Shown here: positions 10,295 through 19,174 of the stretch, one piece after another | Layout of the letters: each line of letters opens with the position of its first letter | How positions within the stretch are numbered: the first letter of the stretch is position 1 | NCBI GenBank assembly: GCA_963734525.1 | Contig: CAVTHI010000009.1 | Span: 3,429-67,428 of the forward strand | Reading direction: 5' to 3' | Source: an uncultured archaeon | GTDB lineage: Archaea > Micrarchaeota > Micrarchaeia > Anstonellales > Bilamarchaeaceae | DNA: 64,000 nucleotides | The notes under the pieces: model-generated | What the model was told of the DNA's origin: nothing | Seen by the model: only the letters and a program-made list of their open reading frames with translations | The model's database searches: none | Program-made: the position numbers and the translations under genes

Positions 10295-10699
10295 TCAGGA
10301 ATTGAGCGCCTTGAGGGCCGCCTTGTTGTCGGACGCCCCGAGAAGGACGTATGACAGCGTCGGGGTCATCGTGACCGAGAACGCATAGACGAGGTTCACG
10401 CCCCTGTCGGATATCTTCTTGGCCGCATCGGCCATCGTTCCGGGCTTGTTCTCGAGCTTTATGATGATGACTTCCTTCTCCATCGCGGTCACGCCGAGCT
10501 TCTTGAGTATCGGGCGTATTTTCGGGAGGTCCGCGTTCTCGACGATAAGGTGGGTGTTGATGCTCCGGTCCTCCGGCGGCATGACTATGCATCTGATGCC
10601 AGCGCCTTCAAGGGCCTTTGCTACCCGGGATGCTTCTTTGAAGTTCGGCTTTTCCAAGAAAAGTTCTGTCACGATCCGGTCTTCTTCCATCAGTCTCAC
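10295..10699 (-). CDS. ACT-domain protein
   Basis: IIIKLENKPGTMADAAKKISDRGVNLVYAF is a classic ACT beta-alpha-beta motif; 134 aa. The true start may be the M at 10690, with a T-rich/TATA-like run at 10706-10719. Confidence 0.65.
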   Translation of the reverse strand: MRLMEEDRIVTELFLEKPNFKEASRVAKALEGAGIRCIVMPPEDRSINTHLIVENADLPKIRPILKKLGVTAMEKEVIIIKLENKPGTMADAAKKISDRGVNLVYAFSVTMTPTLSYVLLGASDNKAALKALNS

Positions 10700-10800
10700 C
10701 TGCCATTTTTTTTTAAAACGCGTATGCCAATAATGCCAACATTAATGTTATTAAAAGCGACGGTTGGTCGGGAACGCCCGCATGAAAGAACGGGCAAATC

Positions 10801-10986
10801 TCATCCGCCTATCCTGACGCCCCTAGCCTTTCCGACCTCTTCGGTCAGGCCGGCCCTGTGCGCGGGGCATCTCGTGAACACCTTCCTTTCAGGCTTCTGG
10901 ATTGTGGCCTGGCTCCAGCCAAGCGAAATGAGGATATCGACATCTGCCGAATGATTAGCCTTGCACTTGTCGCACTTGACTTTCAT
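10801..10986 (-). CDS. Small hypothetical Cys-containing protein (possible zinc ribbon)
   Basis: MKVKCDKCK...RCPAH; 61 aa from the internal ATG at 10986. No family recognised. Confidence 0.35.
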   Translation of the reverse strand: MKVKCDKCKANHSADVDILISLGWSQATIQKPERKVFTRCPAHRAGLTEEVGKARGVRIGG

Positions 10987-11049
10987 ATGTAATATGATGT
11001 CCGGGCGTGTTAATAAATATAGGATGCGGAAGCGGGGGGAGACCATCGG

Positions 11050-11862
11050 CTATCCAAAGAGGAAAAAGCTGGCTGCCCCGAGAATAACGCCGAGTATCGG
11101 AAAAATCACGTAGGCAAACGGGATTGCCATCAATGCTATCTCGTTTTGCGGGGAGTACCCGAGTGCGGCGTTGAGATAAGTCAGAAGGTTAAGGGAAATT
11201 GGAACGATTAGGAAAAAAAGCATGGTCGCCTTGGCCGATTCAAACGCGCCGGCGCTGCTGATTCCTATAATAATTGCCGTTCCAAGAAGCGAGAGGATGA
11301 TGATTGCAAGGGAGGCGATGATGAGCGTGAATAATGGGTTGGGGCCAAAACCCTTGATTTTGTCAAAGCTCAATATGCGCGGCAGGAGAAAGAAGAGCGC
11401 CAAAGCCGCCACCGGCACCGCCCCGAGGATGGCGAGGGGGGCCGGCACGCCGTTGTCGGTGAGCAGCGGCACAATTGTCAATAAAAGCGGAGTGGCCATC
11501 CACCACATTAATATGATGTAGTAGAGTGGCGTGAACAGCAATACCACGATAAAGACTTTGGCCACCCGCTCTCGGAAGAGCGAATACCCAGCGGGCTGTT
11601 GGTATAGGAAATATGTGGCTAAAATGATGAGAGGCAGGGCGAGTATGAGGACGAACGGCGTTTCCTGGGCGAGGAAGGGAAGTATCGGCCAGGTGTTGTT
11701 TACGGCATACAATGCGGCCAGGGCAATGAGGCATGCAAACAGGATTGCGCCTAGCCGGTTTAACCGCTTCGAATCGGCCCGGCCGCCCTTCCCTTTGCCT
11801 GATGATTTGGATTTCATCCCGGCGCCTTTCATCGGGGATTTCATTGGTGATGCACTAGCCAT
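11050..11862 (-). CDS. Multi-pass membrane protein, unknown function
   Basis: Lys/Ser/Gly-rich N-tail (MASASPMKSPMKGAGMKSKSSGKGKGG) followed by about 7 hydrophobic helices. Start trimmed to 11862 so the gene does not run into the tRNA. Confidence 0.6.
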   Translation of the reverse strand: MASASPMKSPMKGAGMKSKSSGKGKGGRADSKRLNRLGAILFACLIALAALYAVNNTWPILPFLAQETPFVLILALPLIILATYFLYQQPAGYSLFRERVAKVFIVVLLFTPLYYIILMWWMATPLLLTIVPLLTDNGVPAPLAILGAVPVAALALFFLLPRILSFDKIKGFGPNPLFTLIIASLAIIILSLLGTAIIIGISSAGAFESAKATMLFFLIVPISLNLLTYLNAALGYSPQNEIALMAIPFAYVIFPILGVILGAASFFLFG

Positions 11863-11913
11863 AATGACTACCCGGTGTAATAAATATTTGCATAGGATTT
11901 CGTGAAGGAAAAA

Positions 11914-12047
11914 CGCTGAGGGCAGGATTTGAACCTGCAATCCCAGGGGGACCGGTTTGCTTATGCCGTTTTTGGGGTGAAGCCCTTTTAGGCGGCCCAA
12001 AAAGGGCTCTTCAAGACCGGCGCACTACCAGGTTATGCGACCTCAGC
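11914..12047 (-). tRNA. tRNA-Ser(UGA) with a 52-nt intron at the canonical 37/38 position (intron about 11958-12009)
   Basis: Hand-folded. Acceptor GCUGAGG/CCUCAGC plus discriminator G. D-loop with GG. Anticodon stem CCGGU/ACCGG with loop CU-UGA-A|intron|A. Long variable arm. T-arm GCAGG-UUCAAAU-CCUGC. Confidence 0.85.
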
Positions 12048-12058
12048 TAAGGACAAAA

Positions 12059-12583
12059 TTACAGTGTAGTCTGTTCCGGGGGCGGCTCATCCTCCTTCGG
12101 CAGGCTCTCCTGCTTCGCTTGGTTTTCCTGTGCGAAATATATCTTAAACTTCTCGGTCAGCGTCAGCTTGGACGAGCGGCCGGATTTGTGCGACTTCAGG
12201 AACCCGGCGTCTATAAGCTCCTTTACATCCGCATAGACATGGGTGCCGATTTTGCGCACGAGCTCGGATTTCAGCATGCCGTCGTGCTTCGAAAGGTACG
12301 CGAGCGTCCGCAGCGCGCTCTTCCCGATTTCGGTGTCCTGTGCGTACTGGCGCACGCGGGGGAGGATGTCGGCCCGCACGCGGATGGAGTACTTCCCGTC
12401 CGTCTCGGCGATTTCCACCGCGCTCTCCCGCTCCTCGTAATCCTTCTTCAGCTCGGCCAGGACGCCCTGGATATAGCCGAGGGCCCCGATGCCGGTGAGC
12501 GTCCGGAATTCCTCGAGCGTCATGGAGCGCGAGCTCATGAATAGCGCTGCCTCGATGAGCCTTTTCTCCTCCTTCATAAGCAT
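12059..12583 (-). CDS. scpB: Segregation and condensation protein B
   Basis: The N-terminal KRLIEAALFMSSRSMTLEEF pattern and two winged-helix halves are typical of ScpB. Confidence 0.75.
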   Translation of the reverse strand: MLMKEEKRLIEAALFMSSRSMTLEEFRTLTGIGALGYIQGVLAELKKDYEERESAVEIAETDGKYSIRVRADILPRVRQYAQDTEIGKSALRTLAYLSKHDGMLKSELVRKIGTHVYADVKELIDAGFLKSHKSGRSSKLTLTEKFKIYFAQENQAKQESLPKEDEPPPEQTTL

Positions 12584-13108
12584 CTACCTGAGTTTCAGCA
12601 AATCCTTCAGTTCGCCAGAGTAGTCTACGGTGTCAAGCTTTTTCTTTTTTCGCTTTATGGCGTTTTCAATCTCGCGGACGCTTTCCCCGACGCTTCTCCC
12701 CGAAGTATCCAGTTCGAGGGGGGTTTTGCCGTATTCGGACTTGGCCCGGACGGAACAGTAGTCCAGCATCTCGCCCATCAGGTTGTCGCCGAGCTTCTTG
12801 GCCCCGTAATGCCTCTTGGCGAGGCGCCTTCCTAGGGCCCGGGGATTCGTGCGAAGGACGAATATGAAATCGGCCGGAATCCTGAACTCGCACGCAAGGT
12901 GCCCTTCGACGATGAAATCGCCCTTTCGGACAAGGGGCCGGACAGCCCTCGCCAGCCTGCCGATGTCCACTTCATGGTTTTTTCCTACGAGCTTTTTGCC
13001 GGCGGCGACCCGCTTCAGGTCTATGAGCGTCATGCCGAGGCGCCTGGAAAGCGCCTTTGCAACCGAGGATTTGCCTGTGCCGGGGGAGCCTGTTATTATT
13101 ATGCGCAT
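12584..13108 (-). CDS. fap7: Fap7 / AK6-type adenylate kinase (ribosome biogenesis NTPase)
   Basis: MRIIITGSPGTGKSSVAKAL P-loop; 174 aa with archaeal Fap7-like layout. Abuts scpB with no gap. Confidence 0.7.
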   Translation of the reverse strand: MRIIITGSPGTGKSSVAKALSRRLGMTLIDLKRVAAGKKLVGKNHEVDIGRLARAVRPLVRKGDFIVEGHLACEFRIPADFIFVLRTNPRALGRRLAKRHYGAKKLGDNLMGEMLDYCSVRAKSEYGKTPLELDTSGRSVGESVREIENAIKRKKKKLDTVDYSGELKDLLKLR

Positions 13109-13112
13109 GCCA

Positions 13113-13427
13113 TCACAGCCTGGCCGAGAGCAGCCGGAAATATTCGCGTGCCGAATCCAGCGCGGTCACGCCGTCTTTCGTCAGGCGGTAGTATTTCCGC
13201 CTCTCCTTGAACTCGGATGAAATCAGCCCTTCGGATTCCAGCTTGTAGAGCACCACGTAAACCATTATCTTGTTCGGCCGGAACATGAAGTCCTTCTCGA
13301 TGCGCTCGTCCAGGGCGTACGCGTAGAGCTCGCCCTCGCGCTGGATGAGGGAAAGGAGGTAGAGCCAGAGGTTGCCGTTAGTAAGGAGGTTCTTCAGCCT
13401 CCGTATCGGCCTGGGATTTTTTTTCAT
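13113..13427 (-). CDS. PadR family transcriptional regulator
   Basis: LWLYLLSLIQREGELYAYALDERI...VLYKLESEGLISSEFKERRKYYRLTKDG is the PadR winged-helix signature. Confidence 0.8.
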   Translation of the reverse strand: MKKNPRPIRRLKNLLTNGNLWLYLLSLIQREGELYAYALDERIEKDFMFRPNKIMVYVVLYKLESEGLISSEFKERRKYYRLTKDGVTALDSAREYFRLLSARL

Positions 13428-13435
13428 CCGACCAG

Positions 13436-13975
13436 CTAGCTCGTGTCGCGCTCGGTCTGGCCCAGCCCGGGCACGGTCGGCGTGAGCGGCATCGCGCGGG
13501 CCGTGTCGTACAGCTCAGGCGGGCGCTTGTCGCGGGGAAGGCGGTTTTCGATGTGTTCCTTGACTTCGATCATGTCTTCGGAGCGCCTGGTCCCGTGGCC
13601 GGCACGGACTTCAGCAACGGCCAAACCTATTTCGGCCGGGTTCCCTGCGCCGCCAATCGCATCGCCAACTGCGGCGCCGCCTTCCGGGGATACGGGCTCG
13701 TTCGGGCGTGAACGGTGGTCGGTCTCGAATGAATCTATTCGTGGCAGAGCCGAGGCATAGGCGGTAGCGGCGGATTCCATCGTGCGCGCGGTGTCCGTGT
13801 CTCCCAGCGCCCTCGCCGCCTGTGCGGCTGTGGAATATTCCCTTATCGCGGCACCGACTTCTGCGCGGGCAGAACTGTAATCGCCCCGGGTGACTAGGTC
13901 TTCTACACGCTCCCTGCGGTTCAATTCGACGCTTTCAACCGATGTCGGGTTGTCCCGCTCCCTGGGCCGTATCAT
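13436..13975 (-). CDS. Hypothetical soluble protein, Ala/Gly/Thr/Arg-rich and Lys-poor
   Basis: 179-aa ORF with a natural-looking composition compared with the W/P/R/C-rich opposite-strand ORF. Overlaps the upstream gene by 41 nt. Confidence 0.5.
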   Translation of the reverse strand: MIRPRERDNPTSVESVELNRRERVEDLVTRGDYSSARAEVGAAIREYSTAAQAARALGDTDTARTMESAATAYASALPRIDSFETDHRSRPNEPVSPEGGAAVGDAIGGAGNPAEIGLAVAEVRAGHGTRRSEDMIEVKEHIENRLPRDKRPPELYDTARAMPLTPTVPGLGQTERDTS

Positions 13976-14849
13976 CTCTGCCCAGGAGTCTTGGAGGAAC
14001 TCCCGGGGGCGGCGCGGTGCGTGCGGGCAATTCTCCGAAAGATGTTGAAGCGATGGCAGAATGGTATGTCCCTGAATCGAGGCCGCGGGACGCCTGGCTG
14101 TATTCCGAATCCTGCAGCGCGCCTTCGGTACGGCGGGCGGTGTTTACCATGACGGCCGTGCTATAATCGAAGACGGCATTGTTCACCTGCTCGGCGGTCT
14201 GCGGGCTCGCGGTTTGGCTGACCCGGTAAAGCGTGTCGAGCGCGGCAAGCTCGCGCGCAGGCTGGGCGATGGAATCCGGTATCCGGAACCCGCCGATTGT
14301 CTGGGGTTGGGTGGCCAGCAATGCGCCGGTTCCATCCGGCTGCATCATGTGGCCCGCATTCGACAGATTAGCCAATGCCCCGAGGTCTGTCCCGGACACC
14401 CGGTCGACAAGCGTCCTTCCGCTTTGGTCGGCGTTTCCGGTGAATCCCTGCGTCCCCTGGAGGCGGCCCGTGAATTCCGTCGCGATTTCCCGTGCGCCGG
14501 TCGCTACTGCCGCGAAGGCCATCGCATCTGCCGCTGAAACGCCGGGATTATCCCTCTGGATGGCAGCTGCCAGGTTCGTCTGGTTTGTCGTTGTTATGTC
14601 GCCGACCGACATGCTCCCGAGGGTCCGGGACAGGGCTTGCCCGGCCTGGCCCACGCGGTCAGGGTCCACGCCTGCGGCAAGCGCAAGCGCTGTGGCGCCT
14701 TCCGGAGTGGCCAGTGATGTGAGGCTCGGAACGCCGACCCTTCTCGGCCCTGACGATTCGTCAGCCTCATGGACCGCTATCGCCACGGTTTCCGCCTGGC
14801 CGCGCTGGTGGCCCGGCAAATCGCTCGAACCGGTTGCAACGCCGGTCAT
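13935..14849 (-). CDS. Hypothetical soluble protein, Ala/Gly/Thr/Gln-rich
   Basis: 304 aa with no TM segment or signal peptide seen. Its start overlaps the stop of the upstream gene (ATGA at 14847-14851). Confidence 0.55.
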   Translation of the reverse strand: MTGVATGSSDLPGHQRGQAETVAIAVHEADESSGPRRVGVPSLTSLATPEGATALALAAGVDPDRVGQAGQALSRTLGSMSVGDITTTNQTNLAAAIQRDNPGVSAADAMAFAAVATGAREIATEFTGRLQGTQGFTGNADQSGRTLVDRVSGTDLGALANLSNAGHMMQPDGTGALLATQPQTIGGFRIPDSIAQPARELAALDTLYRVSQTASPQTAEQVNNAVFDYSTAVMVNTARRTEGALQDSEYSQASRGLDSGTYHSAIASTSFGELPARTAPPPGVPPRLLGRDDTAQGAGQPDIG

Positions 14850-16897
14850 CAGCTCCCCTGTCCCGCCATACCGAACATCCGAGGGGGGATGCCAAGGGTC
14901 GTTGCGACCGCTTCCGTGGCAGCATCATATCTCGCCTGCTGGACGGCATCCCGCGCATCCGGATTGCTGCCGAGCTGGGACGCGATTTCGCCTGACCGCC
15001 GTTCCATCTCGAATGCGGCATCCTGCCGGATAGTCTGCTGGAGAGCCTGGATTCCTTGGGTATGGGCGTTGAATGATTCCTGGAATGCGCCGGAGTTCAG
15101 GCCAGGCATCAGGCCGCCGGGGGAGTTGATTGCGGCTGCCATGGCGTAGTCCTGGAAATACATCGGCACTCCGGTCGAGGTCGGGGTTACCGTAGTGAAA
15201 GTCGGGGGGGCGCCCGGGGGGTCGGATGTCCCCCGCTGGTAGACATACGTGCCTCCGGCTTCGGCCGGCGGAAGTATCCTGACAAGCTCGTTATTGCCTT
15301 GCGCGACGCCGTCCCTCATGACCGGCTGGCCCTGCGCATCGCGTGTGGGCATGAATACCACCATATCCATCCGGACCACCTGGCTGTCGGAGGGGTTGGT
15401 GGTGTTGGTCATCACGATGGTCATCCTGCCGTCCGCGGTCTGGCCGCGTTCGGTCCCGGCCGGCACCGCCACGGTATATGCGGTAAGTGAGCGGGGGGGG
15501 TCGCCTTCAGTGACTGCTGCCGAGGCAAGCACCTCGACGCGGCGAGGCCCTGTGCCGGTATCGACTGTTATCATCATACCGCCATTCGGCCCCCGGAGAG
15601 CCGAAAGCGTAGCCGCGGCGTCGACAATGCGGGCGTTGCGGTCGGTAAACGCGCCTTCGAAGATGGAGCTGCCGCGCCCGGCCTGCGCGTTCCATGTCGA
15701 AGCCGAATAGCACGCGTCGATGGCCCTGCCGAGCGTCGTATTCATCACAACGAACAGCGCGATGCGGGCAATCGAGTTCAAGCCAATCGAGTTGCCGCCG
15801 AGTATGTCCCTGCCGCTGACGCTCTGCGAGCCGGTCAGCGTCGCCTGCGGGCCACCCGCAGTCTGCTGCAATGAGGCGCCTCCGCGCCCCGTGGAAGCCC
15901 CGGTACTGGTCCCCGTGCCCCCTCCGGCCGTCTTCGAGGTGGTTTCCGATGCGCGTCCGGCGCTGTAGCCGGCCAATCCGGTCTTGATGGCCATGAATGA
16001 GCCGCTCTTGCCCCCGCCCGCATCGTGCGACCAGACGCCGCCGACACCGCGGGCATTCGCCGCGTCCTTTTCCCTTTTCACGAGCGCGCCGCCGCCCTGC
16101 TTCGATGCGGTGGACGCGGCTTCGCCGACGCTCATGGCAGCCATGGCGAGCTGGGTGAAGCTGAACGAGAAGCCGCGGCCGCGCGCCTGGTAGCGTATGT
16201 GCTGGCCGGTGCGCATGCCGCCGATGTTGAACCCGGCGAACGGGTTCCTGCCGGTGAGGTATAGTGCGCCGGACAGGAGGGAGAATATGAGTATGAGCGG
16301 GAAGCAGAGCGCCGGGGTCGCCGCAAGCGGCGGGGGCGGCGGGCACCATGACGCGGTGCCGAGGCTAGGAAGGTATTTGACCGTGTTCAGGTCGGCCGGG
16401 ACGACCGCGTCCGTCGCGGTGGTGATGCCATCCGCATTGGTCGCGCTCGTGTCCAGGCGGCCGAATTCCACGCACTGCTTGAACCCCTCGCACTCGACTT
16501 CCGGGGGCACGCAGAACGGGCAGTAGAGGACCTTGAAGTTCAGGCATTCGTCATCATACGACGTGTAGCGGAATTTGGCCGTTCCGTTGTCGTCGGTGTA
16601 TGTCTTCTGGAGGACGTATGTGCCGGTGGGGCTCGTGAGCTCGACCAGGACGATGGTGTTCTTCAGCGGCTGCCTCGAAGGCGACGCGGATAGGTTCTCG
16701 TAGAACGCGACGATGTTCAGGTAGCGGTTGGACGAGTCGATGTCGTTGACGAGCACGAAGATTCCCGTGTTGGGCGCATTGATGAGCTCCTCGCACGTCG
16801 CGCATCCGGCCGGGTCGACCGCATGGAGGATGTAGGGTAAGGAGATTGCGAGCAGGACGGAAAATGTAAGCAGCAGCACGAGATTCGGAATGCGCAT
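14849..16897 (-). CDS. Type-I membrane protein: signal peptide, Cys-containing beta-rich ectodomain, one TM, large Gly/Ser/Thr/Ala-rich C-terminal region
   Basis: Start set at MRIPNLVLLLTFSVLLAISL (nt 16897). Ectodomain contains CATCEE..CPFCVPPEVECEGFKQC. TM is ALCFPLILIFSLLSGALYLTG. About 330 aa of low-Lys sequence follow. Confidence 0.65.
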   Translation of the reverse strand: MRIPNLVLLLTFSVLLAISLPYILHAVDPAGCATCEELINAPNTGIFVLVNDIDSSNRYLNIVAFYENLSASPSRQPLKNTIVLVELTSPTGTYVLQKTYTDDNGTAKFRYTSYDDECLNFKVLYCPFCVPPEVECEGFKQCVEFGRLDTSATNADGITTATDAVVPADLNTVKYLPSLGTASWCPPPPPLAATPALCFPLILIFSLLSGALYLTGRNPFAGFNIGGMRTGQHIRYQARGRGFSFSFTQLAMAAMSVGEAASTASKQGGGALVKREKDAANARGVGGVWSHDAGGGKSGSFMAIKTGLAGYSAGRASETTSKTAGGGTGTSTGASTGRGGASLQQTAGGPQATLTGSQSVSGRDILGGNSIGLNSIARIALFVVMNTTLGRAIDACYSASTWNAQAGRGSSIFEGAFTDRNARIVDAAATLSALRGPNGGMMITVDTGTGPRRVEVLASAAVTEGDPPRSLTAYTVAVPAGTERGQTADGRMTIVMTNTTNPSDSQVVRMDMVVFMPTRDAQGQPVMRDGVAQGNNELVRILPPAEAGGTYVYQRGTSDPPGAPPTFTTVTPTSTGVPMYFQDYAMAAAINSPGGLMPGLNSGAFQESFNAHTQGIQALQQTIRQDAAFEMERRSGEIASQLGSNPDARDAVQQARYDAATEAVATTLGIPPRMFGMAGQGS

Positions 16898-16916
16898 GTT
16901 AGATAGTAACTTTAGC

Positions 16917-16930
16917 AAATTTATAAATTT
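16917..16930. promoter_or_regulatory. Palindromic TATA-like box AAATTTATAAATTT, about 27 nt upstream of the minus-strand start at 16897
   Basis: Perfect 14-nt palindrome in the 103-nt divergent intergenic region. The spacing fits an archaeal leaderless promoter. Confidence 0.45.
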
Positions 16931-16971
16931 ACCCATTGGATGCGGATTTCGCTGGTGAAACCTCCATAAGC

Positions 16972-16979
16972 ATTTAAAT
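16972..16979. promoter_or_regulatory. Palindromic TATA-like box ATTTAAAT, about 26 nt upstream of ATG 17001
   Basis: AT-rich palindrome at the canonical archaeal TATA distance from the first paralog's start codon. Confidence 0.45.
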
Positions 16980-17000
16980 GGATAAGCAGGAAATCTACCC

Positions 17001-18176
17001 ATGCAGCCCTGGCGCGCCGTGCTAACTATACTATTAGTATCGTCCACGATATTCGCCGCCGGGACCGACCTTGCGCCCCTCGTCCCGGCCGTCGCCGCGG
17101 TCATGATAGTCGTCCTCGCGCTCACGAACATGCTCGCGGTCTCCATCTCGAATCCGCAGCTGGAGGCGTGGGCCAAGACCGAAATCAGGGAGTTCGTCGC
17201 CGGCGTCTTCCTGATCGGGATAATCATCGCGCTTTTCATCAGCTCGAACGGGGTATCCGTGGCGCTGACAGGCGAAGCGGATTACGTGCAGGCGGCGGGC
17301 GACATCATGGTCGGCTGGGTCGACAACTTGATGGCCGCGTACACCGACCTCGTGACCGCAGCGCAGAAAATCAGGATCGCGGCTTCGTACTCGTCCGGGA
17401 CGAACGTGGCCATATACTGGGTTTCGCTCACGTACCAGACATCGCCGCTGGGGGGCGCGGCCGTCTTCATGATGCCGCTCAGCCTCGCGACGCAGGGGCT
17501 CACCAACGCGATATTCCTCAGCGAGGGCATCCGCATGCTCCTCGTGTTCTTCAAGATAGTCACCCCGAAAATCCTCCTCCCGCTCTCGTTCAGCCTCAGG
17601 CTCATCCCGTTCACGAGAAAAACGGGCAACACGCTTATCGCGCTCTCGCTGGCCACGCTCGTCTTCCTGCCCGCGTCCGTCATTTTCGTCCAGGCCATAA
17701 ACAATGAAATCGTCGTCCCCCAGCCGAGGATTTCCGACATGGGGGCCCTCGATGCCGACCCGTACCCGGTCTATGCTTTCGGCGCAATCTGCGAGTCCAA
17801 GTTCTTCCGCATCCTCTTCGGACTCACCGACCCGCTCTTCGCGCTCATCACCTGCCTCCCGCTCGCGGTCATACCCGGCGCGTTCCCGGCATGCTACAGC
17901 CTCGTCTGGCAGGTGGTCTACCCGATAATGAGCATGATATTCCAGTACGCGAACCTCATCCTGCTCATCGTGTGGGAGGGTGTCGTCAACCCGGGCGAAT
18001 ACGGCGAGGACGTCTTCAACCAGCTCAGGCCGTTCCTGGCGGACGTGACGAACCTGGTCCTTGTAATATATATGGACGTAATCTTCATCGGAATCCTCAC
18101 GATATCCGGCGCGAGGAGCGTCGCGGCCGTGATAGGCGGCGAATGGTACATGGCGGGGGTGCAGAGGCTGCTATGA
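17001..18176 (+). CDS. Polytopic membrane protein, paralog 1 of 6 (unrecognised family)
   Basis: Signal-like N-terminus (..STIFAAG). Shared motifs NPQLEAWAKTEIREF and LLPLSFSLRLIPFTRKTGNTLIALS, with C-tail VIGGEWYMAGVQRLL. Confidence 0.75.
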   Translation: MQPWRAVLTILLVSSTIFAAGTDLAPLVPAVAAVMIVVLALTNMLAVSISNPQLEAWAKTEIREFVAGVFLIGIIIALFISSNGVSVALTGEADYVQAAGDIMVGWVDNLMAAYTDLVTAAQKIRIAASYSSGTNVAIYWVSLTYQTSPLGGAAVFMMPLSLATQGLTNAIFLSEGIRMLLVFFKIVTPKILLPLSFSLRLIPFTRKTGNTLIALSLATLVFLPASVIFVQAINNEIVVPQPRISDMGALDADPYPVYAFGAICESKFFRILFGLTDPLFALITCLPLAVIPGAFPACYSLVWQVVYPIMSMIFQYANLILLIVWEGVVNPGEYGEDVFNQLRPFLADVTNLVLVIYMDVIFIGILTISGARSVAAVIGGEWYMAGVQRLL

Positions 18177-19174
18177 AACTGCATTGCATCTTCCTGCTGC
18201 TGGCCGGGCTTTCGTTTTCCGCATGCATAGAGGACGCCACGCAGACCATACTATTCGAGCAGGGCACCGTCATCATGGCGGTCGTCGGGCTCATGATGGT
18301 GGTCATCGCGCTCGCGTACGCGCTCGGGAACGCGCTCCACCTCCCGAACGCCATCGTATTCGCAAAGGACGAGCTGTACCACCTGGGATTCTCGATGATG
18401 CTCCTCCTGGGTTTCAGCGGGATTGTGGTTTTCTCGTGCGACCTCACCGGGATGTTCTTCACCCAGACGATGGGCAACATCGGCACGGGCTCGTGCTATT
18501 CGGCAGGGAGCGGCACGTCGCCGAATGAGGTCGCGGAATGCTACGTCACGCAGGCGAAGAACGACGCCCGCAGCATGTCCGAGAGGTACATCCAGAAATA
18601 CCTGGACAACATGATGGATTCGACCTTCGCCTGGAGCCTCGCGCTCCCGCTTTTCGAGGCGTACACCGCCACGGCCGGCGCGTACAAGAGGATAGTGTCG
18701 AACCAGTACTCCATGATAATGAACTCGTTCCTGGTGCCGGCGCTCATGAGCATCAGCATGCAGAAGTTCGTCTTGATTTTCATAAACGAGAACGTCATCC
18801 GCTGGATACTGCCCACCGCGTTCGTGATGCGGTTCTTCCCGCCGACGCGCCACATGGGCAACATATTCATAGCCATCGCCATCGGGCTGTACGTCCTGGT
18901 GCCGATGCTCTATGCGTTCAACCTTTCCATGTACGAGGTGGTCCTGAGCGACTGCGGCGCGTTCGCCAGGGCGGCGTGCGACAACGTGATAGACAACAAC
19001 AGCTGCGGAACGGACGTGTCCTGCGCGGGATGCGAGACGACCTGCGGCAACGCAGACAGCCTCTGGAACGTCGCGAGGCTGATTCCGCAGGCGTTCTTCC
19101 TGCCGAACCTGACGATGGCGCTCGTGATAACGTTCCTGTCGTCGATACACAAGGCGCTGAGAGTGATAGGATGA
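18173..19174 (+). CDS. Polytopic membrane protein, paralog 2 of 6
   Basis: ATG overlaps the upstream stop (ATGA). Motifs LPNAIVFAKDELYHL and ILPTAFVMRFFPPTRHMGNIFIAIA. Carries a Cys-rich loop CGAFARAACDNVIDNNSCGTDVSCAGCETTCG. Confidence 0.75.
   Translation: MKLHCIFLLLAGLSFSACIEDATQTILFEQGTVIMAVVGLMMVVIALAYALGNALHLPNAIVFAKDELYHLGFSMMLLLGFSGIVVFSCDLTGMFFTQTMGNIGTGSCYSAGSGTSPNEVAECYVTQAKNDARSMSERYIQKYLDNMMDSTFAWSLALPLFEAYTATAGAYKRIVSNQYSMIMNSFLVPALMSISMQKFVLIFINENVIRWILPTAFVMRFFPPTRHMGNIFIAIAIGLYVLVPMLYAFNLSMYEVVLSDCGAFARAACDNVIDNNSCGTDVSCAGCETTCGNADSLWNVARLIPQAFFLPNLTMALVITFLSSIHKALRVIG

Noticed and set aside
11863-12000. N-terminal extension of the membrane-protein ORF (11050-12000)
   Set aside because: The extension is the reverse-strand reading of tRNA-Ser. 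The internal ATG at 11862 gives a sensible start.
14233-15033. 266-aa plus-strand ORF opposite the 304-aa hypothetical gene
   Set aside because: Its Trp/Pro/Arg/Cys-rich composition is implausible. The minus-strand ORF has a natural composition and an ATGA coupling to its upstream gene.
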